In this document: positions 1 to 9,041 of the stretch, in pieces
How positions within the stretch are numbered: the stretch's first letter is position 1
Layout: each line of letters begins with the position of its first letter
Source: a virus
Length of the DNA: 64,000 nt
Virus record (IMG/VR): IMGVR_UViG_3300032285_003360
Span: 37,770-101,769 of that record
Direction: 5' to 3' (one strand)
The notes under the pieces: generated by a model
What the model was told of the DNA's origin: nothing
The model's database searches: none
The model's input: only the letters and a program-made list of their open reading frames with translations
Made by a program: the position numbers and the translations under genes

Positions 1-1518
1 ACTTGCAACACAGTGATGCATGAATGCACCCTCTTCAATATACTCCTCTTCTCTTTTTAAAATATATGGGTAGAACGTTTGCTTGATGTTCTTATCGGAT
101 GAAATAAATCTTGATATTGGTTTTTCAACCTCATCTATCATTTTTTGATTAAAGACATATTCAATCACCCAACCCTTCTTCATGGCTGAAATAATCTTAG
201 AAAACTCTTGGTGTTCTTTATTAAAGTCCATAATTGTCCTTGCTCTTATTCTAAATGATTGGTCAACTTCTCTAATTTTATTAACCATATAAACATGGTC
301 AAAAATATCTTTAGATAAATCAGCGTTTATGCCTCTTGGATAAGTCCCATCATTTACACATTTACTGATGTTTTCTTTCTCATCATCATAAAAGTTTAAT
401 ACCGCCATAGCATTTTTAAAATCATCTAATCTTTTTTTGATGTTATGAATACTATCTGGTTCCCGATTACCTTCTTTTTTATATGACGATTTTAATAAAA
501 TTTCATTACTTAAATTACCAATATACTTGGTATAATTTTCACCAAATAAAAAACAAAATTGACCTAACGCATATAAATCTATAAATCGATGGTCATGAAC
601 AATTTTAATTAATATTTTTGATTTACAACCCAATAAATCTAAGACGGATGCGATTAACTTTCTATCATTTTTCTTAAAGAATTTTTCCGTTGGGTAATAA
701 TACTTTAATAAGTGTTCATATTCATCATTTGGTATTTTGATTTTTTTAAGTTCAACAAACGTTTTAACAAGGTGATTGTAAAATGGTGATAAATCGGTAT
801 ACGTAGTGTTTTTAGCATCAAAATTAAATTGTGCTGTGATAAATTTATAAAACTCTTCATCACTTAAACATGTCTCCGTATTTTGCATTTGTGGTAACAC
901 CTTATCCTTTTTCTTATAATATCTTTCTAAATGAAAAATACTACTAGATGTGTTCATTATGTGATTTAACGATAAAAAAGAATTCGTTAAAAAAGTTTGA
1001 GTGGCTTTACGTCCGCGTCCAGGTTTACCAGATGTATTGATTATTATAAAATTCCCTTTAACTAAATCAAATGTTAAAGTAGTCCTACTTGTTGACGTTC
1101 TAAAATACTTAGCGTTATATGGTCTTATTTTAAGATGTTCAGAAATTGTTATTGAGATTTTATCACCGTTTTTTCTAACCTTTCTTTCAATTATTTTAAC
1201 TTGAACATGTGCAAATGGATTGTTGTAATGTCTTTTAATTTGACGGTCCTTAGTTGTTATATAATCTTTGATGGCGATGGGGAAAGCAACATGCTCCATT
1301 GAACCTTCATTTTGAACATAAAAAAAATGCGCGGAAGGTCGTTTATAACTTCCCGATATCTCAATCATTTCTTTATCGTTCCTAGTTATTTGTGAATCAA
1401 ATATGTTTTCCCATGTACGCTCCTTTATATTCTCTTTTTTAGGAGGTATTTGGTTATAATTCTTAACTAACGATATTGATGCGTAGCTAAGTCGTTGGTG
1501 AAATATAGGTGTTTCCAT
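1..1518 (-). CDS. PcfJ-domain-like protein (3'-truncated by window edge; not in ORF track)
   Basis: Hand translation from ATG at 1518 (METPIFHQRLSY...) stays open to position 1 and ends ...REEEYIEEGAFMHHCVAS, matching the PcfJ-like EG.xMxHCV.SY motif. A TATATTTG -7 box lies 4 nt upstream. Confidence 0.7.
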   Translation of the reverse strand, partial: METPIFHQRLSYASISLVKNYNQIPPKKENIKERTWENIFDSQITRNDKEMIEISGSYKRPSAHFFYVQNEGSMEHVAFPIAIKDYITTKDRQIKRHYNNPFAHVQVKIIERKVRKNGDKISITISEHLKIRPYNAKYFRTSTSRTTLTFDLVKGNFIIINTSGKPGRGRKATQTFLTNSFLSLNHIMNTSSSIFHLERYYKKKDKVLPQMQNTETCLSDEEFYKFITAQFNFDAKNTTYTDLSPFYNHLVKTFVELKKIKIPNDEYEHLLKYYYPTEKFFKKNDRKLIASVLDLLGCKSKILIKIVHDHRFIDLYALGQFCFLFGENYTKYIGNLSNEILLKSSYKKEGNREPDSIHNIKKRLDDFKNAMAVLNFYDDEKENISKCVNDGTYPRGINADLSKDIFDHVYMVNKIREVDQSFRIRARTIMDFNKEHQEFSKIISAMKKGWVIEYVFNQKMIDEVEKPISRFISSDKNIKQTFYPYILKREEEYIEEGAFMHHCVAS

Positions 1519-1522
1519 GGGT

Positions 1523-1530
1523 CAAATATA
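1523..1530 (-). promoter_or_regulatory. Bacteroidota-type -7 promoter box TATATTTG (probable leaderless transcript)
   Basis: Exact TAnnTTTG match on the - strand just upstream of the ATG at 1518. Confidence 0.55.
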
Positions 1531-1573
1531 CTAAAAAAAATTTGGAATATACTTATATAAAAATAACATAATT

Positions 1574-1708
1574 ATGGCTAAAGCAAAAGGTGGTAAATCA
1601 GCCTCTTCAGTAAAAGTCACTTTTGGTAAAAGAAAAGGTGGCAAGTCTCAAAAAAGTTGGGGCCCGAAGGCTCAAAAACCAAAGACCTATAGAGGTCAAG
1701 GTCGCTGA
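1574..1708 (+). CDS. 44-aa Lys/Gly-rich basic peptide ending YRGQGR (not in ORF track)
   Basis: MAKAKGGKSASSVKVTFGKRKGGKSQKSWGPKAQKPKTYRGQGR*; A-rich leader, followed directly by a terminator hairpin. Confidence 0.7.
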   Translation: MAKAKGGKSASSVKVTFGKRKGGKSQKSWGPKAQKPKTYRGQGR

Positions 1709-1710
1709 GG

Positions 1711-1740
1711 AAAGAACCACCCTTTATGGGTGGTTTTTTA
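1711..1740. terminator. bidirectional intrinsic terminator
   Basis: AACCACCC-tttat-GGGTGGTT stem followed by a T-run, between the convergent 44-aa ORF and thyA. Confidence 0.75.
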
Positions 1741-2877
1741 ATTTGATAAGGGTGCTTTAATCGATGGATGTGATTTATAACCCACAATCTCAAAGTCGTC
1801 AGGTCTCCAATATTTGGTCTTTTCAATGATTGATGGTTCATCACCTTTTATCTTAACTGATGGTAAACCAAAAGGTTCTCTTGTAATTTGCTCCTTAGCT
1901 TGTTCAATATGGTTCAAATAAAGATGCGTATCCCCCAAATTTCCCACCAATTCGTCTGGCAACATATTAACTTCTCTGGCAATTATTTCCAATAATAACG
2001 CATAAGAAGCGATATTAAAGGGTAATCCTAAGAATGTATCTACTGAACGCTGATTCCACATTAAAGAGATTGCTCTTGTTGGGGTTGGTTCATAATATGT
2101 GTCATCGTAGTTAGGTAAATTATTTGGGTCAAAGAATCTCTCCATACCTGTTTCATAATTCTTAACAAACCAAACGTTGTATCTTTCTTCCGCACTTAAT
2201 TCTCTTGTATAAACTTGAAATCCATAATGACAAGGTGGTAAAACCATCTTGTTTAATTCACCTACATTCCAAGCTGATACCATCAATCTTCTACTATCAG
2301 GATTAGTTTTAAGGTCATTGATTAGATTTTGGATTTGGTCGGTATCTTTTGGACTCCAATCTTCTTGCCAATATTGGCTAGTATCTACACTCTCCCATTC
2401 TTTCCATTGTTTACCATAAATTGGTCCTAATTCGCCCCACTCCTTAGCAAAATCATTATCTGTTTTGATTTTGTTAATGAATTCTTCTTGTGTCAATGGA
2501 ATTAAATCATCAGGGTTACTAAACATATTTTCAATATGTGGTTGCATCCCCATTATATCACCACATTTATATCCATCAATAAGTTCGTTTACTTTTTTAG
2601 AATAGTTTTTATAAGCATCTCCGTCCCAAATGTGACATCCATTCTCAACAAGATATTGAATGTTAGTTTCTCCACGAAGGAACCATAATAACTCAGTCAC
2701 CATTGTCTTCCACGCCATCTTCTTGGTGGTTAACAATGGAAACCCTTGTCTCATGTTATGACGTATTTGTCTTCCGAACACCGATATAGTTCCAGTGCCA
2801 GTTCTATCAGTTTTAGTGACACCATTATCCAAGATGTCTTGTAGCAAATCTTGATATTTTTTATCAATTGTATTCAT
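1738..2877 (-). CDS. thyA: thymidylate synthase with two insertions
   Basis: DRTGTGT, ELLWFLRG, LGPIYGKQW, SRRLMVSAWN, catalytic LPPCH, NQRSVD.FLGLPFNIASY, GDTHLYLNH. Confidence 0.97.
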   Translation of the reverse strand: MNTIDKKYQDLLQDILDNGVTKTDRTGTGTISVFGRQIRHNMRQGFPLLTTKKMAWKTMVTELLWFLRGETNIQYLVENGCHIWDGDAYKNYSKKVNELIDGYKCGDIMGMQPHIENMFSNPDDLIPLTQEEFINKIKTDNDFAKEWGELGPIYGKQWKEWESVDTSQYWQEDWSPKDTDQIQNLINDLKTNPDSRRLMVSAWNVGELNKMVLPPCHYGFQVYTRELSAEERYNVWFVKNYETGMERFFDPNNLPNYDDTYYEPTPTRAISLMWNQRSVDTFLGLPFNIASYALLLEIIAREVNMLPDELVGNLGDTHLYLNHIEQAKEQITREPFGLPSVKIKGDEPSIIEKTKYWRPDDFEIVGYKSHPSIKAPLSN

Positions 2878-2878
2878 A

Positions 2879-3982
2879 TTAATAATTGTCTAAATTATTT
2901 GTAAATTCATAATACCATTTTGACATGTGGTGTCTCCAAACGTCTTCATTACGATATTCTTTTTCCCATTGAAAAAATATGTCGGGTATGAATTTTTTAT
3001 TTTTAAGAATATCCAATGCAACATTATAATTATATTCGGCAGTATCCTTTAGCGCTTCACGTATTTCTAAAGGTGAATATTTTTCACAAACTCTTTTAAT
3101 TTCTTTAACATGTTCTTGAGCCCTAATTATATCATCATCAACCGAATCAAATGTATAATCAAATATTTCATCATAAAGTTTAAAACCAAAATTAGTTAGA
3201 ACTTTGTTAACATTTTTTGCACCATAAGTTATAAATGGTTTTCTATGAAGAATTGGAATGAATGTTTTTTCAGTTAAGAATATCACATCATACGTGCTTT
3301 CTGTAACTTGTTGGAACGCTGATTCCAAGTAGGATGGATAAATTTCCCAATAGTTACCTTGATTAACGACATCGGCGGGGTCGGGATAATTTGTTGGGAC
3401 ATTAAAATTGGTAAAATCAAAATGGTTTCTTGTGAACCAATTGAATTGTTTAATGTTAAACTCAGTTGAAAAACATGAATATAAATTCGTTTCTAATAGA
3501 CCAAAGTCTTTTAATAATTGTAAAATATACATCCTATGAACACGAGGAAGTCTATTATAACTTGTAAAATAATATTTCGGATTGTAATTTAAAGTGGGCG
3601 GCGTTACAAAACGATTTTGGTAATTTGCGAAAGTATGATATAAAAAATATAACGTAAAGAAATGTCTATTTGGATTTAAATGTCTAAAAAAATCTTGTCT
3701 ATTATAAAAATCTTTTTCTTTATCGTAATCACCATAACCTGAGTATATTATGTCGACCTTTGTTTGACTCCAATCGTTAAGATATTCAGAATAATTTTTC
3801 AAAAGCACAGGTTGAATTTCAGGTAAACAAAGAATTTTTAAATCATTGTTCCTATTATGACATTTGTCAATAATATCCAAGAATGTGGTATTAAAGGTAA
3901 ACGACCATATATAATAAGGGTAATTCTTATCGACACTGGTATTATATTTCACAAATCCTTCGTTTTGAATTGCCGGTGTCAT
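2879..3982 (-). CDS. hypothetical protein, possible GT-B/GT10-like glycosyltransferase C-terminal domain
   Basis: NRLPRVHR, VTEST..FLTEKTFIPILHRKPF..G, GFKLYDEIFDYTFD motifs resemble the TEK motif of GT10-like proteins. Confidence 0.4.
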   Translation of the reverse strand: MTPAIQNEGFVKYNTSVDKNYPYYIWSFTFNTTFLDIIDKCHNRNNDLKILCLPEIQPVLLKNYSEYLNDWSQTKVDIIYSGYGDYDKEKDFYNRQDFFRHLNPNRHFFTLYFLYHTFANYQNRFVTPPTLNYNPKYYFTSYNRLPRVHRMYILQLLKDFGLLETNLYSCFSTEFNIKQFNWFTRNHFDFTNFNVPTNYPDPADVVNQGNYWEIYPSYLESAFQQVTESTYDVIFLTEKTFIPILHRKPFITYGAKNVNKVLTNFGFKLYDEIFDYTFDSVDDDIIRAQEHVKEIKRVCEKYSPLEIREALKDTAEYNYNVALDILKNKKFIPDIFFQWEKEYRNEDVWRHHMSKWYYEFTNNLDNY

Positions 3983-3983
3983 C

Positions 3984-4172
3984 TTATAATATTTTTTGAA
4001 TTTGGAAACCCGCCATAAATGTTAACCACCTTACAGTTAAACCCCATGAAGGTGAGGTTTTACCATCATCATAATATTCATTCTTGTCATAATAAAAAAC
4101 TATAGCAGGTAAAATAAACCAGTGATGTCTTTTATTATAAATGAAAAAGTCTTTATAATATTTCTTACCCAT
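3984..4172 (-). CDS. small hypothetical protein
   Basis: 62-aa ORF tightly packed (1-nt gaps) within the operon. Confidence 0.6.
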   Translation of the reverse strand: MGKKYYKDFFIYNKRHHWFILPAIVFYYDKNEYYDDGKTSPSWGLTVRWLTFMAGFQIQKIL

Positions 4173-4173
4173 C

Positions 4174-4353
4174 TTATTTCTTTTTTGGTTTTTTAAAATA
4201 ATCTAAAACTAAATTGATTGAACCTAAGCTAATTGCACCCCAACCAAAATATTTTTCTATTTGCGGGTTAGCATCAGGAACACCGTATTTCTCAATAAGA
4301 ATACCAGTTAATATCATCATTATGTAAATGATTTCTTTGATTTTTATTTGCAT
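4174..4353 (-). CDS. 59-aa two-TM membrane protein (not in ORF track)
   Basis: MQIKIKEIIYIMMILTGILIEKYGVPDANPQIEKYFGWGAISLGSINLVLDYFKKPKKK*; TAAATTTG -7 box at 4368-4375. Confidence 0.65.
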   Translation of the reverse strand: MQIKIKEIIYIMMILTGILIEKYGVPDANPQIEKYFGWGAISLGSINLVLDYFKKPKKK

Positions 4354-4410
4354 AATATTGTTTTTAACAAATTTACAAAAAAATTTTGATATTCCGAAAT
4401 AATTATAGTT

Positions 4411-4776
4411 ATGTCAGTTATAATCGGTAATAAACATTTCCCCGCAGAATACATGTTAACTCCTGAACAAACTCGTCAGGGAATGATGGGTCGCGAAAGC
4501 TTGGAAGGTTGTATGGTATTCAAAATGGGTAAAGGTCACCATTCTTTTTGGATGAAGGATTGTGTTATCCCACTTGATATTGTGTTTGTTAGTAATAACC
4601 GAATAAGCCGCATCCACCCAAACTGTCCTCCTGCTGACCCACATGCAATGAATCCACCACGTTACACCGGTATTGGTGACCACGTGATTGAATTCCCTGC
4701 AGGCATGGCTTCAGACTTTAGAGTTGGTGACAGAGTTTCTATGTATTTGGGGACACCTCAGAATCCTGTTCAATAG
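4411..4776 (+). CDS. DUF192-family protein
   Basis: TPEQTRQGMMGR, GCMVF, SFWMKDCVIPLDIVF, VIEFPAG..GDRV. Confidence 0.85.
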   Translation: MSVIIGNKHFPAEYMLTPEQTRQGMMGRESLEGCMVFKMGKGHHSFWMKDCVIPLDIVFVSNNRISRIHPNCPPADPHAMNPPRYTGIGDHVIEFPAGMASDFRVGDRVSMYLGTPQNPVQ

Positions 4777-5428
4777 TCCATTTACTATAATCATACTTTA
4801 CTTTAGGGTTGGTCTTTTGGAACACCCAAAAATAACTATGATATTTTCTTGCATGTTGTTGTCTAGTCCACTTTGTCCCAAAACTATTAACCCTTGTGTT
4901 TGAATTTAAGATAAATAAATCTTTAGGATAGAATCCAAGCTCCATGGCCATATTCATAATCATAGAATGGGTAAAATGATTTTTACCGCTTGATACGGTA
5001 TCTTGACATTTCATTACAACAAAACCGTCCTTAGCGCAAATTCTGTATAACTCCTTAAGTGTTAAGTAATAGTTCTTCATCAAATCTTCATAAGTTGTAT
5101 ACCCTTCAAATCGTTTAGCCATAAGGGAACTACCTTCCTTGTTACTTTTATATGTCGCACCCGCAATAACAAACGGAGGATCATACATAATACTATTCAT
5201 TGAACCGTCAGCAAATGGTAAATTCTCTGAGCTCGCTTGAATTACACTATCATTGGCCGGATACAAATCTGATTTATTGATGGGTGATGGTAAGTCCTTC
5301 CAAAAGGATCCTTTTGAATATGTGCAATCCAAATCAAATTGCTCGATTTCATAAAGAAACATTATGTTTTTAATTGTTTCGTAATTAGAATTGTAGATGC
5401 TTTTTACGGGTTTAAAATCTTTATCCAT
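4739..5428 (-). CDS. amino (N6-A/N4-C)-type DNA methyltransferase-like protein
   Basis: DLDCTYSKGSFW SAM-binding-like motif, IMYDPPF catalytic motif, ELYRI..K.G.VVMKCQD. Confidence 0.7.
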   Translation of the reverse strand: MDKDFKPVKSIYNSNYETIKNIMFLYEIEQFDLDCTYSKGSFWKDLPSPINKSDLYPANDSVIQASSENLPFADGSMNSIMYDPPFVIAGATYKSNKEGSSLMAKRFEGYTTYEDLMKNYYLTLKELYRICAKDGFVVMKCQDTVSSGKNHFTHSMIMNMAMELGFYPKDLFILNSNTRVNSFGTKWTRQQHARKYHSYFWVFQKTNPKVKYDYSKWTIEQDSEVSPNT

Positions 5429-5462
5429 TTCTTGACATTTTAATTTTTATGTGTTATATTTT

Positions 5463-5494
5463 AAAATATAAGGAATTAAATTCAATAAACCAAA
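5463..5494 (-). promoter_or_regulatory. Bacteroidota-type promoter TTTG-N20-TATATTTT
   Basis: caaa at 5491-5494 and aaaatata at 5463-5470 on + strand, upstream of the MTase; adjoins a divergent TTGACA-N17-TATATT at about 5432-5460 on +. Confidence 0.5.
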
Positions 5495-5517
5495 ATATTT
5501 ATTAAAAAACACACACT

Positions 5518-5649
5518 ATGGGATGCGGATGCAAAAAAAAACAAGAACAACCAGTGGTTCAACAACCACCTCAATCAATTAACCTACAAAACGTAGCAGC
5601 ACCAACGGTGACTCAACCTGCAGCTCCTGCTCCACCTCAAAACCCTTAA
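5518..5649 (+). CDS. 43-aa peptide MGCGCKKK plus Pro/Gln-rich tail (not in ORF track)
   Basis: MGCGCKKKQEQPVVQQPPQSINLQNVAAPTVTQPAAPAPPQNP*; TATTTAT motif 16 nt upstream. Confidence 0.65.
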   Translation: MGCGCKKKQEQPVVQQPPQSINLQNVAAPTVTQPAAPAPPQNP

Positions 5650-5653
5650 TAAT

Positions 5654-5709
5654 ATATCGTCGATATAAACGATAATTAGCTTTATCACGAATATCGACGA
5701 TATTTTTTT
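5654..5709. repeat. 13-bp perfect inverted repeat / long hairpin (terminator or operator)
   Basis: ATATCGTCGATAT (5654-5666) ... ATATCGACGATAT (5691-5703) with inner GATAA/TTATC pairing, followed by a T-run. Confidence 0.7.
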
Positions 5710-5742
5710 ATTCAGGAAATATATAAACATGTATATATTATT

Positions 5743-5940
5743 ATGGAAGCAAAAAGCAAATTAACGAGCGTTCACGTCTTGGAAGACGTTTACAATAAAT
5801 TTAAAGTAAATTCAATTGAAGGAAGTTTATCATTTCAAAAATTTGTAAACCGTTCAATGGATTTATATAATAAAGACGAAAATTTTCGTAACAAGGTAAA
5901 CAACCACATTGGATTGGCTGCTACCGGTTCTAAGTATTAA
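5743..5940 (+). CDS. small ribbon-helix-helix-like DNA-binding protein
   Basis: LTSVHV alternating strand, then helix (EDVYNKFK) and helix (SFQKFVNRSMDLY); first gene of the operon. Confidence 0.5.
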   Translation: MEAKSKLTSVHVLEDVYNKFKVNSIEGSLSFQKFVNRSMDLYNKDENFRNKVNNHIGLAATGSKY

Positions 5941-5942
5941 TC

Positions 5943-7298
5943 ATGGCTAAAAAAAGAATATTATTATTAAGCGACGACTTAAGAATGACGTCTGGTATTG
6001 CCACGATGTCAAAAGAGATTGTCTTAGGGACAGTTGATAAATTTGATTGGGTTCAATTAGGTGCAGCTGTTAGTCATCCTGAGTTCGGTAAGATTGTTGA
6101 TATGAACGACGATGTTAGAAAAAGAACTGGTGTTGAAGATGCGTATGTAAGAATTTATCCAAACAATGGTTATGGTAACATTGGTATCATAAGAAAATTG
6201 ATAAAGGACGAACAAATCGATGCGATATTACATTTCACTGACCCGCATTATTGGCAATGGTTATATGATGCTGAGCATGAGATAAGACAAACGACGCCAA
6301 TATTATATTATCATATATGGGATAACATTCCTGACCCTGTTTATAATAGAAACTATTATGAATCATGTGATTGGTTAGGGTGTATTTCTAAATTAACATA
6401 TGGTATTGTTCATCGTGTTGGTAAATTAACAACTCACAACACATTTAAACCATTAGAAGATTGGCAGATAAGTTATGTCCCACACGGTATCAATGAAAAA
6501 GTTTTTAAACCAACTGAAGTGAGTGATGAAATAAAACAACTTGTTACAGGTGGTAAAGAATATGATTATATCTTATTTTATAACAACAGAAACATTAGAC
6601 GTAAACAACCATCCGATGTAGTTTATTCATATAGATTATTTTGTGATAGTTTGCCAAAGAATAAAGCTGACAAGTGTTTATTACTTATGCACACAGCACC
6701 TGTTGATGAGAATGGAACTGATTTGAATGCTGTGATTGAAGCACTTTGTCCTTACGATGTTCGATTCACTAACATGAAACTTGAACAAGAGAAGTTAAAT
6801 GAGATTTATAATTTTGTTGATTGCACAATCAATCTTGCGAATAACGAAGGATTTGGTTTGACAACAGCAGAAAGTATTATGGCGGGGACACCAATCATTG
6901 CTAACGTTACCGGTGGTTTGCAAGACCAAATGGGATTTGGTTATACTGCTGATGATTACATTACATTTGGTTCGTTACATAATGTAAGAACACATGGTGA
7001 AACATTACATGGTGATTGGGCACACCCTATTTGGCCAAGTGCAATTAATATAAATGGTTCTGTTCCAACACCTTATATCTTTGATGATAGAGTTGATGAT
7101 AACAAAGTTGCTGATGCGATTATGGAATCATATCAATTGGGTAAGAAGAAAAGAAAGAAGAATGGATTGAAGGGTAGAGAGTGGGCTATTGAGAATATAT
7201 CATCTAAGGTGATGTGTGATAAATTGACTGAAGGAATTGAAACAACGTTAGTAAATTTTAAACCTCGTCAAAAATTTGATTTTTATAAAATTGTATGA
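5943..7298 (+). CDS. GT-B (GT4-like) glycosyltransferase
   Basis: ILLLSDD..SG, VPHGIN, NRNIRRKQP, NEGFGLTTAES.MAGTPII...GGL. Confidence 0.9.
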   Translation: MAKKRILLLSDDLRMTSGIATMSKEIVLGTVDKFDWVQLGAAVSHPEFGKIVDMNDDVRKRTGVEDAYVRIYPNNGYGNIGIIRKLIKDEQIDAILHFTDPHYWQWLYDAEHEIRQTTPILYYHIWDNIPDPVYNRNYYESCDWLGCISKLTYGIVHRVGKLTTHNTFKPLEDWQISYVPHGINEKVFKPTEVSDEIKQLVTGGKEYDYILFYNNRNIRRKQPSDVVYSYRLFCDSLPKNKADKCLLLMHTAPVDENGTDLNAVIEALCPYDVRFTNMKLEQEKLNEIYNFVDCTINLANNEGFGLTTAESIMAGTPIIANVTGGLQDQMGFGYTADDYITFGSLHNVRTHGETLHGDWAHPIWPSAININGSVPTPYIFDDRVDDNKVADAIMESYQLGKKKRKKNGLKGREWAIENISSKVMCDKLTEGIETTLVNFKPRQKFDFYKIV

Positions 7299-8551
7299 GT
7301 AAACCAACATTATTATTTAGAGGACCAGTAAAAACAAGAAGCGGCTACGGTGCGCATTCGAGAGACGTTTTAAAAGCATTATATGAAATGGATGTATTTG
7401 ATATAATGATTGATAGTTGTCCGTGGGGGAACACACCTATGACAGCATTAGAAGATAACTTATTCCACAAGTGGATTGAGTCTAACATTGTTACATCATT
7501 AACGTCACAACCGGACATCTACATACAAGTTACCGTTCCAAATGAATTCCAAAGAGTTGGTAAATTTAACATTGGTATAACTGCAGGTATTGAAACAACT
7601 GTCGCTCCTAAAAATTGGATAGATGGTTGTAACAAAATGGATTTGATTATTGCTACATCAAGTTTTTCTAAGGATGTTTTATTATCAACTGTTTATAATG
7701 AAACGGAAAAGAATACTGGTAAGTTAGTTGGTCAATATAGAATTGAAAAACCAATTGAAGTTTTGTTTGAAGGTGTTGACCTTAACATTTATAACAATGA
7801 ATCTACAGGTTTAGATATTGACATCAAAGAAGATTTTGCTTATCTTTTTGTAGGTCATTGGTTGAAGGGAGATATTGGACAGGATAGAAAAGATGTTGGT
7901 ATGATGATTAAAGTATTTGCGGAAGCATTTAAGAATGAAGAAAACAAACCCGCATTGGTATTAAAGACATCAGCTGCGAGCTTTTCAATTAAGGAGAGGG
8001 AGAATATGAGAAAAAGAATACAAGACCTTGTATCAAGTATTGAAAATCCTCCATCTGTTTATCTTTTGTTCGGTGAATTAACTGATGCTGAAATGAATGA
8101 TTTATATAACCACCCAAAGATTAAATCAATGGTATCAATAACTAAAGGTGAAGGATTTGGAAGACCTTTACTTGAATTCTCAATGACAGGTAAACCAATC
8201 ATCGCATCTAATTGGTCAGGGCATAAAGATTTTTTACCAATGGATAAAGCGGTTATGGTTGGTGGAAAATTAACTGAGGTTCATGCAAGTGCGATTGATG
8301 ATTTTATTATTAAAGGTTCTAAATGGTTCACAGCTAACTATAATGAATTTGCTGAAGTATTAAAGTTGGTTCAAAAAGATTACGAAAGATTTGTTGAGAA
8401 GTCTGAGGAATTAAGAAAAGAAAACGGAGATAAGTTTTCATTTGAATCAATGAAGGTTACATTCAAAAATATTATTGAAAAATATAATAAAGTGACGCAA
8501 GCACCTGTTCAGACAAAATTAATTCTACCTAAGTTAACTAAAATAAAATAA
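7295..8551 (+). CDS. GT-B (GT4-like) glycosyltransferase
   Basis: SGYG, RKDVG, GEGFGRPLLEF...GKPIIASNWSGH. Confidence 0.9.
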   Translation: MSKPTLLFRGPVKTRSGYGAHSRDVLKALYEMDVFDIMIDSCPWGNTPMTALEDNLFHKWIESNIVTSLTSQPDIYIQVTVPNEFQRVGKFNIGITAGIETTVAPKNWIDGCNKMDLIIATSSFSKDVLLSTVYNETEKNTGKLVGQYRIEKPIEVLFEGVDLNIYNNESTGLDIDIKEDFAYLFVGHWLKGDIGQDRKDVGMMIKVFAEAFKNEENKPALVLKTSAASFSIKERENMRKRIQDLVSSIENPPSVYLLFGELTDAEMNDLYNHPKIKSMVSITKGEGFGRPLLEFSMTGKPIIASNWSGHKDFLPMDKAVMVGGKLTEVHASAIDDFIIKGSKWFTANYNEFAEVLKLVQKDYERFVEKSEELRKENGDKFSFESMKVTFKNIIEKYNKVTQAPVQTKLILPKLTKIK

Positions 8552-8552
8552 C

Positions 8553-8801
8553 ATGGCAAAGAAAAAGACTCAACCAAAAGTTGAGATGAATATCGAAAAA
8601 GTAGTTCAGGAATATATTCCATGTGAATGGGTGATTCAGTTTGATAATGATGAACCCAAAGTATTTGCATCTTCCGATGTTAATTCATCTTCACATGAAG
8701 TGGTTTTTAAAATACCTAACACCAGTGAGTCGCACGTAACCTTTACTGACCCAATATCAAATAAGCGATTTAGTATATACGCAAGACCAAAAACAAGTTA
8801 A
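8553..8801 (+). CDS. hypothetical protein (paralog of 8802-9041)
   Basis: shares QF.xxEP.VFA and K.F..[YF]ARP with the next ORF. Confidence 0.7.
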   Translation: MAKKKTQPKVEMNIEKVVQEYIPCEWVIQFDNDEPKVFASSDVNSSSHEVVFKIPNTSESHVTFTDPISNKRFSIYARPKTS

Positions 8802-9041
8802 ATGGATTTTAAGTTTTTTAAAAGTGAAGAATTAATACACGATAACTTTATTATATTACAACCTACAAATTTTGCACCTGAAAATGCTGAATTTTGTTTT
8901 CAATTTGGTGATGAGGAACCTGTTGTATTTGCTAATGGGCCAAATGAATGTCAAATTCGTATAAGTCCAACACCAGGTGGTAGTATGATATTCAATGATA
9001 ATGGTAAAGTTTTTAAATTATTCGCAAGACCAAGAGTATGA
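8802..9041 (+). CDS. hypothetical protein (paralog of 8553-8801)
   Basis: QFGDEEPVVFA...KVFKLFARP; translationally coupled. Confidence 0.7.
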   Translation: MDFKFFKSEELIHDNFIILQPTNFAPENAEFCFQFGDEEPVVFANGPNECQIRISPTPGGSMIFNDNGKVFKLFARPRV

